From a virus (taxonomy: Duplodnaviria; Caudoviricetes), in IMG/VR virus record IMGVR_UViG_3300020347_000005, positions 1 through 58,980 of that record: 58,980 nucleotides of DNA; one strand, given 5' to 3'. The translations under genes were made by a program, and so were the position numbers. Positions within the stretch are counted from its first letter, which is position 1. Each line of letters starts with the position of its first letter. The notes below the pieces were generated by a model. That model worked only from the letters and a program-made list of their open reading frames with translations. It searched no databases and was not told where the DNA came from. Shown here in pieces: positions 49,116 to 57,529 of the stretch.

Positions 49116-50654
49116 TTAACCCAAAGAAACTTTTTTGATTACATAGTCGAATCCTTGTTCTTTATAAATAGTTTTTCTAACTCTAGAATGATTTACTAAC
49201 ATTGACCGCTTATTCGAATCTAAACAATCTACATAATCATAAAGTCTTAACTTATCTTTATCTTTGTGTGTTCTTAATCCTCTTCCTATTGATTGTCTAA
49301 CTATTACATCGGATTTAAAAGATTCAGTAAAATGAATATTGTGAATATTTTTAATATTAACTCCTGTACTAAGAGTACCATAACTTGCTACTAGAACTTT
49401 ATTAGTACCAGATTCCATTAGTTTTTTTATTTCTACTCTATCATCTTTTTTAATTTCACCATATATAAAATAAATTTCTTTATCAGTATTATCTTCTAAG
49501 TACTTTTTTAATTCTTTACCATATGCTTGTCTATGAAACAAAACTAATTGATTTTTTTGTACCTTTGAAATAATTTTGGATATAGTTTCGATTCTTGGTT
49601 TATATTGAATAACAAAATCTTGTTCTATTTTTAGTAGTTTACCTTTGTCTTCACCTTTTAAATCTTTTCTAATTAAATCAAATCTTTTTTGAACTTCTTC
49701 AGGATAATTGAATTCTACTATTGCAATTTCTACTTCTGAAATAGTACCCATTTCTTGTAGTTCTTCTGCAGTAATTTTAATAACAGTCGGTCCTAAATAA
49801 GCTTGAAGTGTTAAACTATCAAGTGTGCCTTGTTTAGGTGTTGTTCCTGTTAATCCGAATCGCCTTTCAACATTAACACATTTACTTATACATTCTCTAA
49901 TAGTATTAGATTTTGTTCTATGACACTCATCGACAATAACTGTATCAAATGCTTTAAAATAAGAATTTTGAAATTTTCCTAATGATTGAAATGTACTAAC
50001 ATGAATATTTTGCGATGCTTTAAAATCTTTCTTTTCTCCTCCGTGAATTTGTTTAATGTGCAAAGGAATTTTATTTTCTTCTGTTAAAAAAGAATTATAT
50101 TCGTGAAAATTTTCGTATGCTTGAATAACAAGGTCAATTGATGGAACAATCATTAAGAATTTTTTACTTAATTCCTTTTCTTGAAAATAAGCGATACATA
50201 TAAATATAATCAAAGATTTACCTGCAGCCGTTGTAAGTTCACTTATGCATATTTTATTAGTTAATATTTTATATGCTGTATTTATTTGATAATCATACGG
50301 AAAAAAAGGTTTACCTTTAGAATCAATTGAACCTTCGAATTTATTTTCAATCCATTCTTGAAACTCTTTTCTAGAAATATCTTTGTAAAAAAGTGCATCA
50401 CCTAATCCTGTTATTTCTAAAGGAAATTTATAAGTTTCAGCTACGTACTTAATTTCTTTCCATAATCCAATAGGAACGAATTTATCTTTGTGAAAATAAG
50501 ATATAATCCCATTCCATTTTCTTTTTACCGCTGGAGGTAAAAAATTATAAGTTTCAAGTTTTTTTGTTAAGGATAAACTTAGTTGTTTTCTTTCTAATTC
50601 GGTAGCATCTATTAGTGTTAAAATCTTACCTTCGTGAGTTGTCTCAAATACCAT
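49116..50654 (-). CDS. uvsW: SF2 DNA helicase
   Basis: PYDYQ, TTAAGKS, VDECH, GLTGT, STGVNI, QSIGRGLR. Confidence 0.93.
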   Translation of the reverse strand: MVFETTHEGKILTLIDATELERKQLSLSLTKKLETYNFLPPAVKRKWNGIISYFHKDKFVPIGLWKEIKYVAETYKFPLEITGLGDALFYKDISRKEFQEWIENKFEGSIDSKGKPFFPYDYQINTAYKILTNKICISELTTAAGKSLIIFICIAYFQEKELSKKFLMIVPSIDLVIQAYENFHEYNSFLTEENKIPLHIKQIHGGEKKDFKASQNIHVSTFQSLGKFQNSYFKAFDTVIVDECHRTKSNTIRECISKCVNVERRFGLTGTTPKQGTLDSLTLQAYLGPTVIKITAEELQEMGTISEVEIAIVEFNYPEEVQKRFDLIRKDLKGEDKGKLLKIEQDFVIQYKPRIETISKIISKVQKNQLVLFHRQAYGKELKKYLEDNTDKEIYFIYGEIKKDDRVEIKKLMESGTNKVLVASYGTLSTGVNIKNIHNIHFTESFKSDVIVRQSIGRGLRTHKDKDKLRLYDYVDCLDSNKRSMLVNHSRVRKTIYKEQGFDYVIKKVSLG

Positions 50655-50688
50655 AATTACTTTCTTTAGTACATATTATTTAACTATG

Positions 50689-51144
50689 CTAAAAACTACC
50701 TGATTTGAATTTTTCAGTATCTATTAGGTATTTTATCATCCAAATACTCTTATCTAAAGTTTCGATTGTTTCTTTATAAAAAGTTATTTGATTTTCAATC
50801 ATTTTAATTACATTGTAACTATCTTCCAGGTCTGCTTCGATATGATTTTTTATTTCGTAATCATTTAATTTGATATCATATTCTAATTTATAGAATCTGT
50901 ACTTTTGTTTTCTTGTACTACCTAAAGATTTGTTTCTTTTTACAATCGAAACTCTCATTTCATTTGACTTATCTACCAGTAGTTGTCTTTGTGATAATAT
51001 ATGAACTTGAATATCTGCAACATTATTAATACTTCCCATAGGGGTAGTAATATTTTCTTTTAAATATGTAGATATTTCAAGACGTTGTTTTGCAAATGCA
51101 ATATCTAATTTTTCAGACTTGGATATTTCTTTTTCTTCAGACAT
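50689..51144 (-). CDS. uvsY: Recombination mediator, UvsY-like
   Basis: Helical 151 aa next to uvsW; KYRFYK..Y, IEADL, WMIKYLIDTEKF. Confidence 0.6.
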   Translation of the reverse strand: MSEEKEISKSEKLDIAFAKQRLEISTYLKENITTPMGSINNVADIQVHILSQRQLLVDKSNEMRVSIVKRNKSLGSTRKQKYRFYKLEYDIKLNDYEIKNHIEADLEDSYNVIKMIENQITFYKETIETLDKSIWMIKYLIDTEKFKSGSF

Positions 51145-51338
51145 TAAAATAGTTTTTTCCCTTTTTTGGGTTCTTTAATTTTTATAGTAGGTTTTTTAAT
51201 TGTTGGTTTTAGTTTTTCTTGTTCAATAACTATATCATTACCTTTCGGTTCTGGAATAATTTCTTTGTCAAAATCTACAATAAATAACTTACCATTTCTC
51301 TTTACAATTTTCTTTTTATTTTTGTATAAATTAAACAT
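51144..51338 (-). CDS. Small basic hypothetical protein
   Basis: 64 aa, coupled to both neighbours; ends KKLF. Confidence 0.55.
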   Translation of the reverse strand: MFNLYKNKKKIVKRNGKLFIVDFDKEIIPEPKGNDIVIEQEKLKPTIKKPTIKIKEPKKGKKLF

Positions 51339-52416
51339 GATATATATCGTATTTGTTTTTACTAAAGCAATCTTTAACGTAACTAAGTGAGTTTTTATAT
51401 TCTCTATTTTCGTATATATAAACTACTAGCTCATTCAAATCTTTAATCTTCTTATTATTAAATGCAGAATTTTTGAAAAATCTTTTCCATAAAAAACAGT
51501 TATTTTTACTCTTTATTTTATCTATTGCACTATTTTTACCGGTAGTATCGTTATCGAACCAATACCTTATATTATCTAATCCATCAAAAAAGTTCTTTAG
51601 TTTACTTGCACCAGCAGTTGCTACAGAATTAGGAACAAAGAAAGAATCAAATGGTCCTTCAAAAACAGTTACCTTATCTTCAATATCAACATTGAATAAA
51701 TTGAAAATTATTGATAAAGTTGCAAGTTTTTCTACAAAAGGTGCATCATCCGGATATTCTACTTCTCTTTTCATTTCTTCTAATAGAACAGGAAAAGTTT
51801 TAGTACTATATTTCATACCAAAATCTAAATTCTTTATTTGCAATCCTACTACCTTTTCATTTTCATCAATTTTATTCAGGACCCAAACTTCTCTATTACC
51901 GAATTTGTTTTTTCTAAATCGAATTCTATCTTGAAATCTATGTAACAATCTGCCTTTTAAAAACTGTGTTCCCCATTTACAACGGTCTGCAGTAAACAAC
52001 CCATAGTGTTTTTCTAAATCTATAATAGGAATAGAATTGTTATATAAGAATTCAAAGTATTCACTTGAATCAATTAATTTTGTAGGTTTTCTTAATCTTT
52101 TTGATTTTTCAATTACTTTTGTAATTTCAGATATTTGGTCTAAGTTTTTTAATTTTTTACCGAAATAATCAAAGAACTTGAATATAGACCAATATTTGGC
52201 ATTACAATTACCATTCCAACAATAGAACTTAAAAGAATCTAAATATAAAATACCTCGTTTCTTTGATGGATTAGTTTTAGAATCCCCACAACAAGGACAA
52301 GCCATTTCTAATTGATTTTCTTTAGAATCTACCAATCTTCTTTTTTCAGAATCTGTATGTGCATGATACAGTATATCTTTACAGATTTCTTCTATATCTT
52401 TTCTTAAATTTGACAT
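51331..52416 (-). CDS. gp61: DNA primase
   Basis: CPCCGDS...KKRG, CWNGNC zinc domain; TOPRIM FEGPFDS, FDND, KDLNE. Confidence 0.92.
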   Translation of the reverse strand: MSNLRKDIEEICKDILYHAHTDSEKRRLVDSKENQLEMACPCCGDSKTNPSKKRGILYLDSFKFYCWNGNCNAKYWSIFKFFDYFGKKLKNLDQISEITKVIEKSKRLRKPTKLIDSSEYFEFLYNNSIPIIDLEKHYGLFTADRCKWGTQFLKGRLLHRFQDRIRFRKNKFGNREVWVLNKIDENEKVVGLQIKNLDFGMKYSTKTFPVLLEEMKREVEYPDDAPFVEKLATLSIIFNLFNVDIEDKVTVFEGPFDSFFVPNSVATAGASKLKNFFDGLDNIRYWFDNDTTGKNSAIDKIKSKNNCFLWKRFFKNSAFNNKKIKDLNELVVYIYENREYKNSLSYVKDCFSKNKYDIYHV

Positions 52417-52433
52417 TGTGATTTTTTGGAAAT

Positions 52434-52465
52434 AAAAAAGGGGAATAAAAAACTTATTCCCCTTT
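52434..52465 (-). terminator. gp32 terminator
   Basis: AAAGGGGAATAA-loop-TTATTCCCCTTTTT. Confidence 0.8.
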
Positions 52466-52480
52466 AAAAACTATTAATTA

Positions 52481-53473
52481 TTACAAATCTAATCCTTCTA
52501 AGATATCATCGAAAGTAGAATCATCTTCGGGGGTATTATCAGGTCTTGCATTTTTCAAAGCATCCGTTTGTGTTTCTTCTACAACACTTTCTTGAACCTC
52601 TTCTTTTTTTGCTTCAACCTTTACTTCCTTTTTTGGAGCTGGGGTTTCATCTAAACCTTCTATCTTAATATCAGCACTAATTGTTGCCGGTTTAATATTA
52701 CCGAATTGTTTTCCGGTCTTTTCTGAAATTATAGATAATAACAATTTCAATCTTTCATCCGAACTTTTCTTATACTTATAAGGTGCCATCAAAGCATTTC
52801 CTTCTTGCAAGAATTCAACGAATTCAGTTTTCTTATCCGGTGTTAATTCAGAACCTTTAAACATTAGAGGACCTGCTTCTGATAATGTAACAGTTCCATT
52901 GTAGTTCCAATTACTACCAACCGTATTTATTTGTAATCTTATGGACTTACCTTTAAACGGGTCAAAGATATTGCAAGGTTTGATACCTATTGATTTGTCT
53001 TCATCGGATACGTTGATTGCACCTTGTAATATTTTATGCACTTGAATAGGTGCTTTATAAACCATTAGTTTTCCTTCGTTATCTGGATTAACAGCGTCAG
53101 ATTCTACTAATACTAAGTAGAAGAATGAACTTTTAGGTCTAATATCCTTTGCTAATTGGTCTGCTCTAGCATCAGTCTTTGCTTCTCTTTTTAAATCAAA
53201 GAATGTATCCATTGCTAAACATTTTTCATTTACAGAAAATGCTGAATCAAAGAAATTGTTTCCTGTGTCGTTACCATCATTCTTATCAAAATAGAATGTT
53301 GTTTTTGGAATAAAGGATTTTTTGTGATTTTCTAACCAATAAACTGGTCTTACTAGTGCTCTATAAACACCGTCTTTTGCTTCTTTAGGGTTCGGTTTGA
53401 ACTCGTTGTTTGCGTATGATTTTTTTACATCTTTGTCTAAATCATCTACGGATAAATCAAATATATCTACCAT
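52481..53473 (-). CDS. gp32: Single-stranded DNA-binding protein
   Basis: YRALVRP, NPDNEGKLMVYK, NIFDPFKG, WNY, acidic tail DDILEGLDL. Confidence 0.88.
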   Translation of the reverse strand: MVDIFDLSVDDLDKDVKKSYANNEFKPNPKEAKDGVYRALVRPVYWLENHKKSFIPKTTFYFDKNDGNDTGNNFFDSAFSVNEKCLAMDTFFDLKREAKTDARADQLAKDIRPKSSFFYLVLVESDAVNPDNEGKLMVYKAPIQVHKILQGAINVSDEDKSIGIKPCNIFDPFKGKSIRLQINTVGSNWNYNGTVTLSEAGPLMFKGSELTPDKKTEFVEFLQEGNALMAPYKYKKSSDERLKLLLSIISEKTGKQFGNIKPATISADIKIEGLDETPAPKKEVKVEAKKEEVQESVVEETQTDALKNARPDNTPEDDSTFDDILEGLDL

Positions 53474-53836
53474 AATTTTACTTTTTTTTACTTTGTTTTT
53501 ATAAATTTACTTTCATACTCAGTAGCTACCTTTTGTATTACTTATATAGTTAAGCAAATTAATAATCAAAATATTTTATCAATATCAAATTATTTTTACT
53601 ATTTAGAATGATTCTAAATAGAGGGGTAAATCAAAAAAAGTTAGGGTAAAATAAAATAAAACCTGATGGCTACTCATTTAATAATTGTATAATTCTCCAG
53701 GGGAAAATATATAGTGCTAAAAAATCTATTAGTATTAGTTTAATTAAAGATAATATATTAATAATAATGATAATATAAAGAAAGATTTACATAGATATTT
53801 GTCTTTAATATATATAAGAACTTAAAGTAAAAACAA

Positions 53837-54106
53837 ATGGAATTTAATCAATTCAAATATAGTAAAAAACATGATACATATAGAACACTAGTAAATGTAT
53901 ATAATTTTAAAAGAGAAGATTTAGAAGTCTATGTTCGTAGTGATTATAAAATAGTTGTTACAGATTATTTATCGGAAGAAATTATTATTGTTCCTGAAAG
54001 AGTAAAAATAGAAAAAATTATTTGTCATTTCGTAAATAAAGAAGAAACAATATTAATGATTGAATTAAAATTAAAAGATTTAGAAATAGAAGTAGTTTTT
54101 GAATAA
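53837..54106 (+). CDS. Small Hsp20/alpha-crystallin-like protein (degenerate)
   Basis: YRTLVNVYNFKREDLEVYV...VPERVKIEKI...ILMIEL pattern. Confidence 0.45.
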   Translation: MEFNQFKYSKKHDTYRTLVNVYNFKREDLEVYVRSDYKIVVTDYLSEEIIIVPERVKIEKIICHFVNKEETILMIELKLKDLEIEVVFE

Positions 54107-54582
54107 TGAGCAAAAGAATAATAATATGTGGTCATGGTGGTTCCGGAAAAGACTATCTTAAAAATAAATTAGTAGAAAAAGGATTCAATCCAAGTATTTC
54201 ATTTACTACCAGAAAAGCAAGAGTAGGAGAAATTGATGGTGTAGATTATTACTATTGCAGTAATGAACAATTCGATTCAATGATTAAAAATAAAGAATTG
54301 TATGAGTACAAAGAATTCAGAGGATGGTTTTATGGAACATCTTTAAAAGAATTTTATAGTTCTGAAATATTCATAATGACACCACCTTCAATAAAAGAAC
54401 TATCAAAAAAAGATAGAAAAAATTCTTTTATTGTTTATTTAGATATTGATGAAAGGATTCGTAAAATGAGGTTATCAAGTAGAAACGATGTTGATTCTGT
54501 TGATAGAAGATTAAGGACTGATAAAGAAATGTTTGAAAATTTTAACGATTACGATTTAAGAATAGTAGAACCTGATTTTTAG
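54106..54582 (+). CDS. gmk: Guanylate kinase-like nucleotide kinase
   Basis: GHGGSGKD, SFTTRKARVGEIDGVDYYY, WFYGT. Confidence 0.85.
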   Translation: MSKRIIICGHGGSGKDYLKNKLVEKGFNPSISFTTRKARVGEIDGVDYYYCSNEQFDSMIKNKELYEYKEFRGWFYGTSLKEFYSSEIFIMTPPSIKELSKKDRKNSFIVYLDIDERIRKMRLSSRNDVDSVDRRLRTDKEMFENFNDYDLRIVEPDF

Positions 54583-54814
54583 GTTTTTTATTTTTTCTTT
54601 TGAGAACTTTCAATCTTAATCTTTGAAATCTTGTTAATTCCTTAGAAAAAATATATTCATCTACTTTAAAAAATATCAATGAACCTATAAGATTAGCAAT
54701 AAATGCTGTTATCCAAAAGTTGGAAATATTGAACTTAGATAGTACAAAAGGAATAATTGCCAATATAGGTGTGCTCATTTGCCACCTAAACATATATCTA
54801 AATAGTTTTTTCAT
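54542..54814 (-). CDS. Small membrane protein
   Basis: RWQMSTPIL, ANLIGSLIFF.VD.YIF; two TM segments. Confidence 0.65.
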   Translation of the reverse strand: MKKLFRYMFRWQMSTPILAIIPFVLSKFNISNFWITAFIANLIGSLIFFKVDEYIFSKELTRFQRLRLKVLKRKNKKPKNQVLLFLNRNR

Positions 54815-55320
54815 GACTTTTTAAATTGGGGTTCTACGTTATATTTTTCAAATAGTTTTTTTAATGGTGCTGTTAAGTTACCTTTCTTTTGTTTAAATTC
54901 AGGAACTTTTTGTCTACCATTAATTTCTTTTACTAATTTATTGTAACTTGATTTCATTAAAATAGGTTTTCTTGGTGCTTCATTTGGATGTATCAATTTT
55001 TCATCTGTATGAATCTTGTTACTTTCTAAATAATCAGCAAGGTTTCTAAGAAATGTAATCATATCTATATGTTTACTTAATCCTAATCTATTGAATGAAT
55101 TTGTAATTTTTCCTTCTAATGCATTTGCTTGAAATTGAATTGCACCTCTGCATAATCCTTTCCCTGTTTCATCTGCAACTTCTTTTACAAGTTTATGTTG
55201 ATGGTCTATACAAAATTCTGAAATATCATAATAGTTTCCAAGTATAGGACAAATACCATTTTGTTCCTTGTACCATTTTTCTCTTATAATTTTTAAGTCT
55301 GTTTGTTTTAGTTGTTTCAT
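54811..55320 (-). CDS. gp49: Recombination endonuclease VII
   Basis: EQNGICPI, IDHQH, CRG...ANALEGKI, FLRNLADYLE, IHP. Confidence 0.85.
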   Translation of the reverse strand: MKQLKQTDLKIIREKWYKEQNGICPILGNYYDISEFCIDHQHKLVKEVADETGKGLCRGAIQFQANALEGKITNSFNRLGLSKHIDMITFLRNLADYLESNKIHTDEKLIHPNEAPRKPILMKSSYNKLVKEINGRQKVPEFKQKKGNLTAPLKKLFEKYNVEPQFKKS

Positions 55321-55838
55321 ATATTATCAATTATGAAATCTAATGTATCGTCTTTTCCTTTAAGATTCTTAAAATACTTAGAAGAAATATATTCATTTTT
55401 TAGATTGTTTTGATTATCGTATGCCTCCTTTTCCCAAGCCAGGTTTTTATAGTTATCGTAGTTTTTTTGAGCTTTTTTATAATCTTTAACTGAAAGTTCT
55501 GTATCATCTTTCCATAAAACAGATTTCCAATCTTCGGATGCTCTAAGTTCACCTTTTGATATTTGTTTAACATGTGTTAATTCGTGTATCAATGCACCTA
55601 TTATCATTCTATAACCTTGATTTGGATTAAAATGTAATGTGAATTTACCTTTATTTATAGATGCATCACTAAGTACAACATCTCCTATATGTGTATCAGA
55701 AAACTTTTTCTTTACTGTTATTCTATTAGGTTTGAATTTTAATTTATCTTGCATAAATTCAATAACAGAATCAATTAAAAGTCTTTCGTGTTTTTTAATC
55801 TTTTTATCTTCTTTAAAAAATTCAAATAAGTATTGCAT
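55317..55838 (-). CDS. Zinc metallopeptidase-like protein (HExxH)
   Basis: LIHELTHVKQ ... AWEKEAY; leader-like N-terminus MQYLFEFFKE. Confidence 0.75.
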   Translation of the reverse strand: MQYLFEFFKEDKKIKKHERLLIDSVIEFMQDKLKFKPNRITVKKKFSDTHIGDVVLSDASINKGKFTLHFNPNQGYRMIIGALIHELTHVKQISKGELRASEDWKSVLWKDDTELSVKDYKKAQKNYDNYKNLAWEKEAYDNQNNLKNEYISSKYFKNLKGKDDTLDFIIDNI

Positions 55839-55848
55839 TATAATTAAT

Positions 55849-56232
55849 TTATTCTAATAAGTATATAAGTCTGTTTATTACTGAAGATAATCCTTTTTCA
55901 CTATAAGTATCTTTTTGTCTTATATAAGACATATATCCACTTTGTACATCCATCAAAATTATAGACCATTCTTTAGTATGAACCGTTGGTGGAAATATTC
56001 TGAAAACATCTTTTCCTTTGTTAATAACTGCGATACGGTCAGCACCATCTGCCTTGTCGCTAAAAAGAGGACCATCAACTCTAACAACATATCCTTTTTC
56101 TTTAAGTTTTTTACTAAGAAGTTTATTACCATTTATTGTTCTTTCGGCAGCCAAAAGTTCCTTTTTTCTTTCTATGTTTCTTTCTCCAACATAGTCTCTG
56201 TATTCATTTAGGAATTGGTTTAAAGGTTTCAT
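55849..56232 (-). CDS. Hypothetical protein with leader
   Basis: MKPLNQFLNEY. Confidence 0.7.
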   Translation of the reverse strand: MKPLNQFLNEYRDYVGERNIERKKELLAAERTINGNKLLSKKLKEKGYVVRVDGPLFSDKADGADRIAVINKGKDVFRIFPPTVHTKEWSIILMDVQSGYMSYIRQKDTYSEKGLSSVINRLIYLLE

Positions 56233-56234
56233 AA

Positions 56235-57266
56235 TTAAAATAATTTTTTTGTCAATTCTTGAGCTAATGCAGCACTAACTATTCTTGAAGTAAGAACATT
56301 AAAAAGTGGTCCTTTTTCTATTCCAAGAACTTTAGCAATCGCCTTTCCGATTTTTGGTCCAACTGCAAATCCAGCTATACCTCCCAATGCTCTACCTAAT
56401 ATACCTTCATTTAAAGTTTCGGGTTCTGTTAGTATTTTTGTTAGTAATTCTATTTGTAAATTTTCTAAGACTTCAATATTCTTAGAAACTATTTTATCAA
56501 TTTTCTTTTTTAAAGATTTAGTATCTGTATCTAATATTCTTGAAATAGTATCTAAAGATTTTATATCTACTAATCCATTATAACTAATATGTAAATTAGT
56601 CAATTCAGGTACAATAGAAGAAAAGTCTTCAGAATTTCTTTTTGATAATTCAGTTGCTAAAATTTGTATTAAAGTTGCCGGGTCTCCAAAATCCTTAATC
56701 GGAATATATATTTCTTTTTCTGAAAGAACCTTATCTTCTTTAATTTTCTTGAATTTTTTCATCGAAATAGTTTTTGCTGGTTCTTGAACCGAAACTTCAT
56801 CATCGGCTGTTCCACCAAACACATCACCACTACCTAATTTATTTCCACCTACTTCTGGTATTTCAACTGCTCCCATTCCGTTAATAGAACCAGGTGTAGC
56901 TGAAAAATCATTTTCATTAAAAATTCCTAATTTATCTTTATTTTCAATTTCTTTTAAAATCAAAGCAATATTATCGGCAATAATTTCATTTGTTTTTTTA
57001 CCACTACCTAAATTAGCAAGTTCTTTGTTAATCTTGTTTATTTTCTTTCTAAGTTTATTATCGAAATGTTTTGATTTGTTACCTATTTGCATAGCTCTAT
57101 TGTAGTAGTCTTTAAGTGCACCACTAGTAACTAAAGGATTCTTTTCATCTCTTGCAGCACTTTCTAAATCGCTTAGACCTTGTAAATACTTATCTAAAGG
57201 CATTTTTCTTTCTTCATTCAATTTATCGAATGAAACCGAATTATATATATTATTAAATTTCTCCAC
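56235..57266 (-). CDS. Putative processed virion protein carrying a copy of the gp23 N-terminal arm
   Basis: GTG start; late promoter 57283-57290; FNE-NDFSATPGSINGMGAVEIP..GSGDV; C-terminal LNE-GILG glycine-zipper-like helix. Confidence 0.7.
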   Translation of the reverse strand: MEKFNNIYNSVSFDKLNEERKMPLDKYLQGLSDLESAARDEKNPLVTSGALKDYYNRAMQIGNKSKHFDNKLRKKINKINKELANLGSGKKTNEIIADNIALILKEIENKDKLGIFNENDFSATPGSINGMGAVEIPEVGGNKLGSGDVFGGTADDEVSVQEPAKTISMKKFKKIKEDKVLSEKEIYIPIKDFGDPATLIQILATELSKRNSEDFSSIVPELTNLHISYNGLVDIKSLDTISRILDTDTKSLKKKIDKIVSKNIEVLENLQIELLTKILTEPETLNEGILGRALGGIAGFAVGPKIGKAIAKVLGIEKGPLFNVLTSRIVSAALAQELTKKLF

Positions 57267-57285
57267 TGAATATCCTTTTTTTTAT

Positions 57286-57528
57286 TTAATCAATAGAATT
57301 GTTTTCGTTTAAATCTACCTGAGTTATATCAAATTCAATAGGTTCTCCTAAAACATTCTCCAACTCATCGACATAGGTAACATAATAAAAATTATCAGGT
57401 TCTGAAAATTGATAATTAACCCAATAAATAGTTATGTCATTTGGGTTGATTGGTAAACCTTTGTAATCTGCTGCTAATTTTCTAGCATCTATTGCTTCGG
57501 TTTCTGTATTATATTTATAACCTTTCAT
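57286..57528 (-). CDS. Hypothetical protein downstream of the lectin-like structural gene
   Basis: 80 aa, starts 1 nt after the upstream stop. Confidence 0.65.
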   Translation of the reverse strand: MKGYKYNTETEAIDARKLAADYKGLPINPNDITIYWVNYQFSEPDNFYYVTYVDELENVLGEPIEFDITQVDLNENNSID

Positions 57529-57529
57529 G

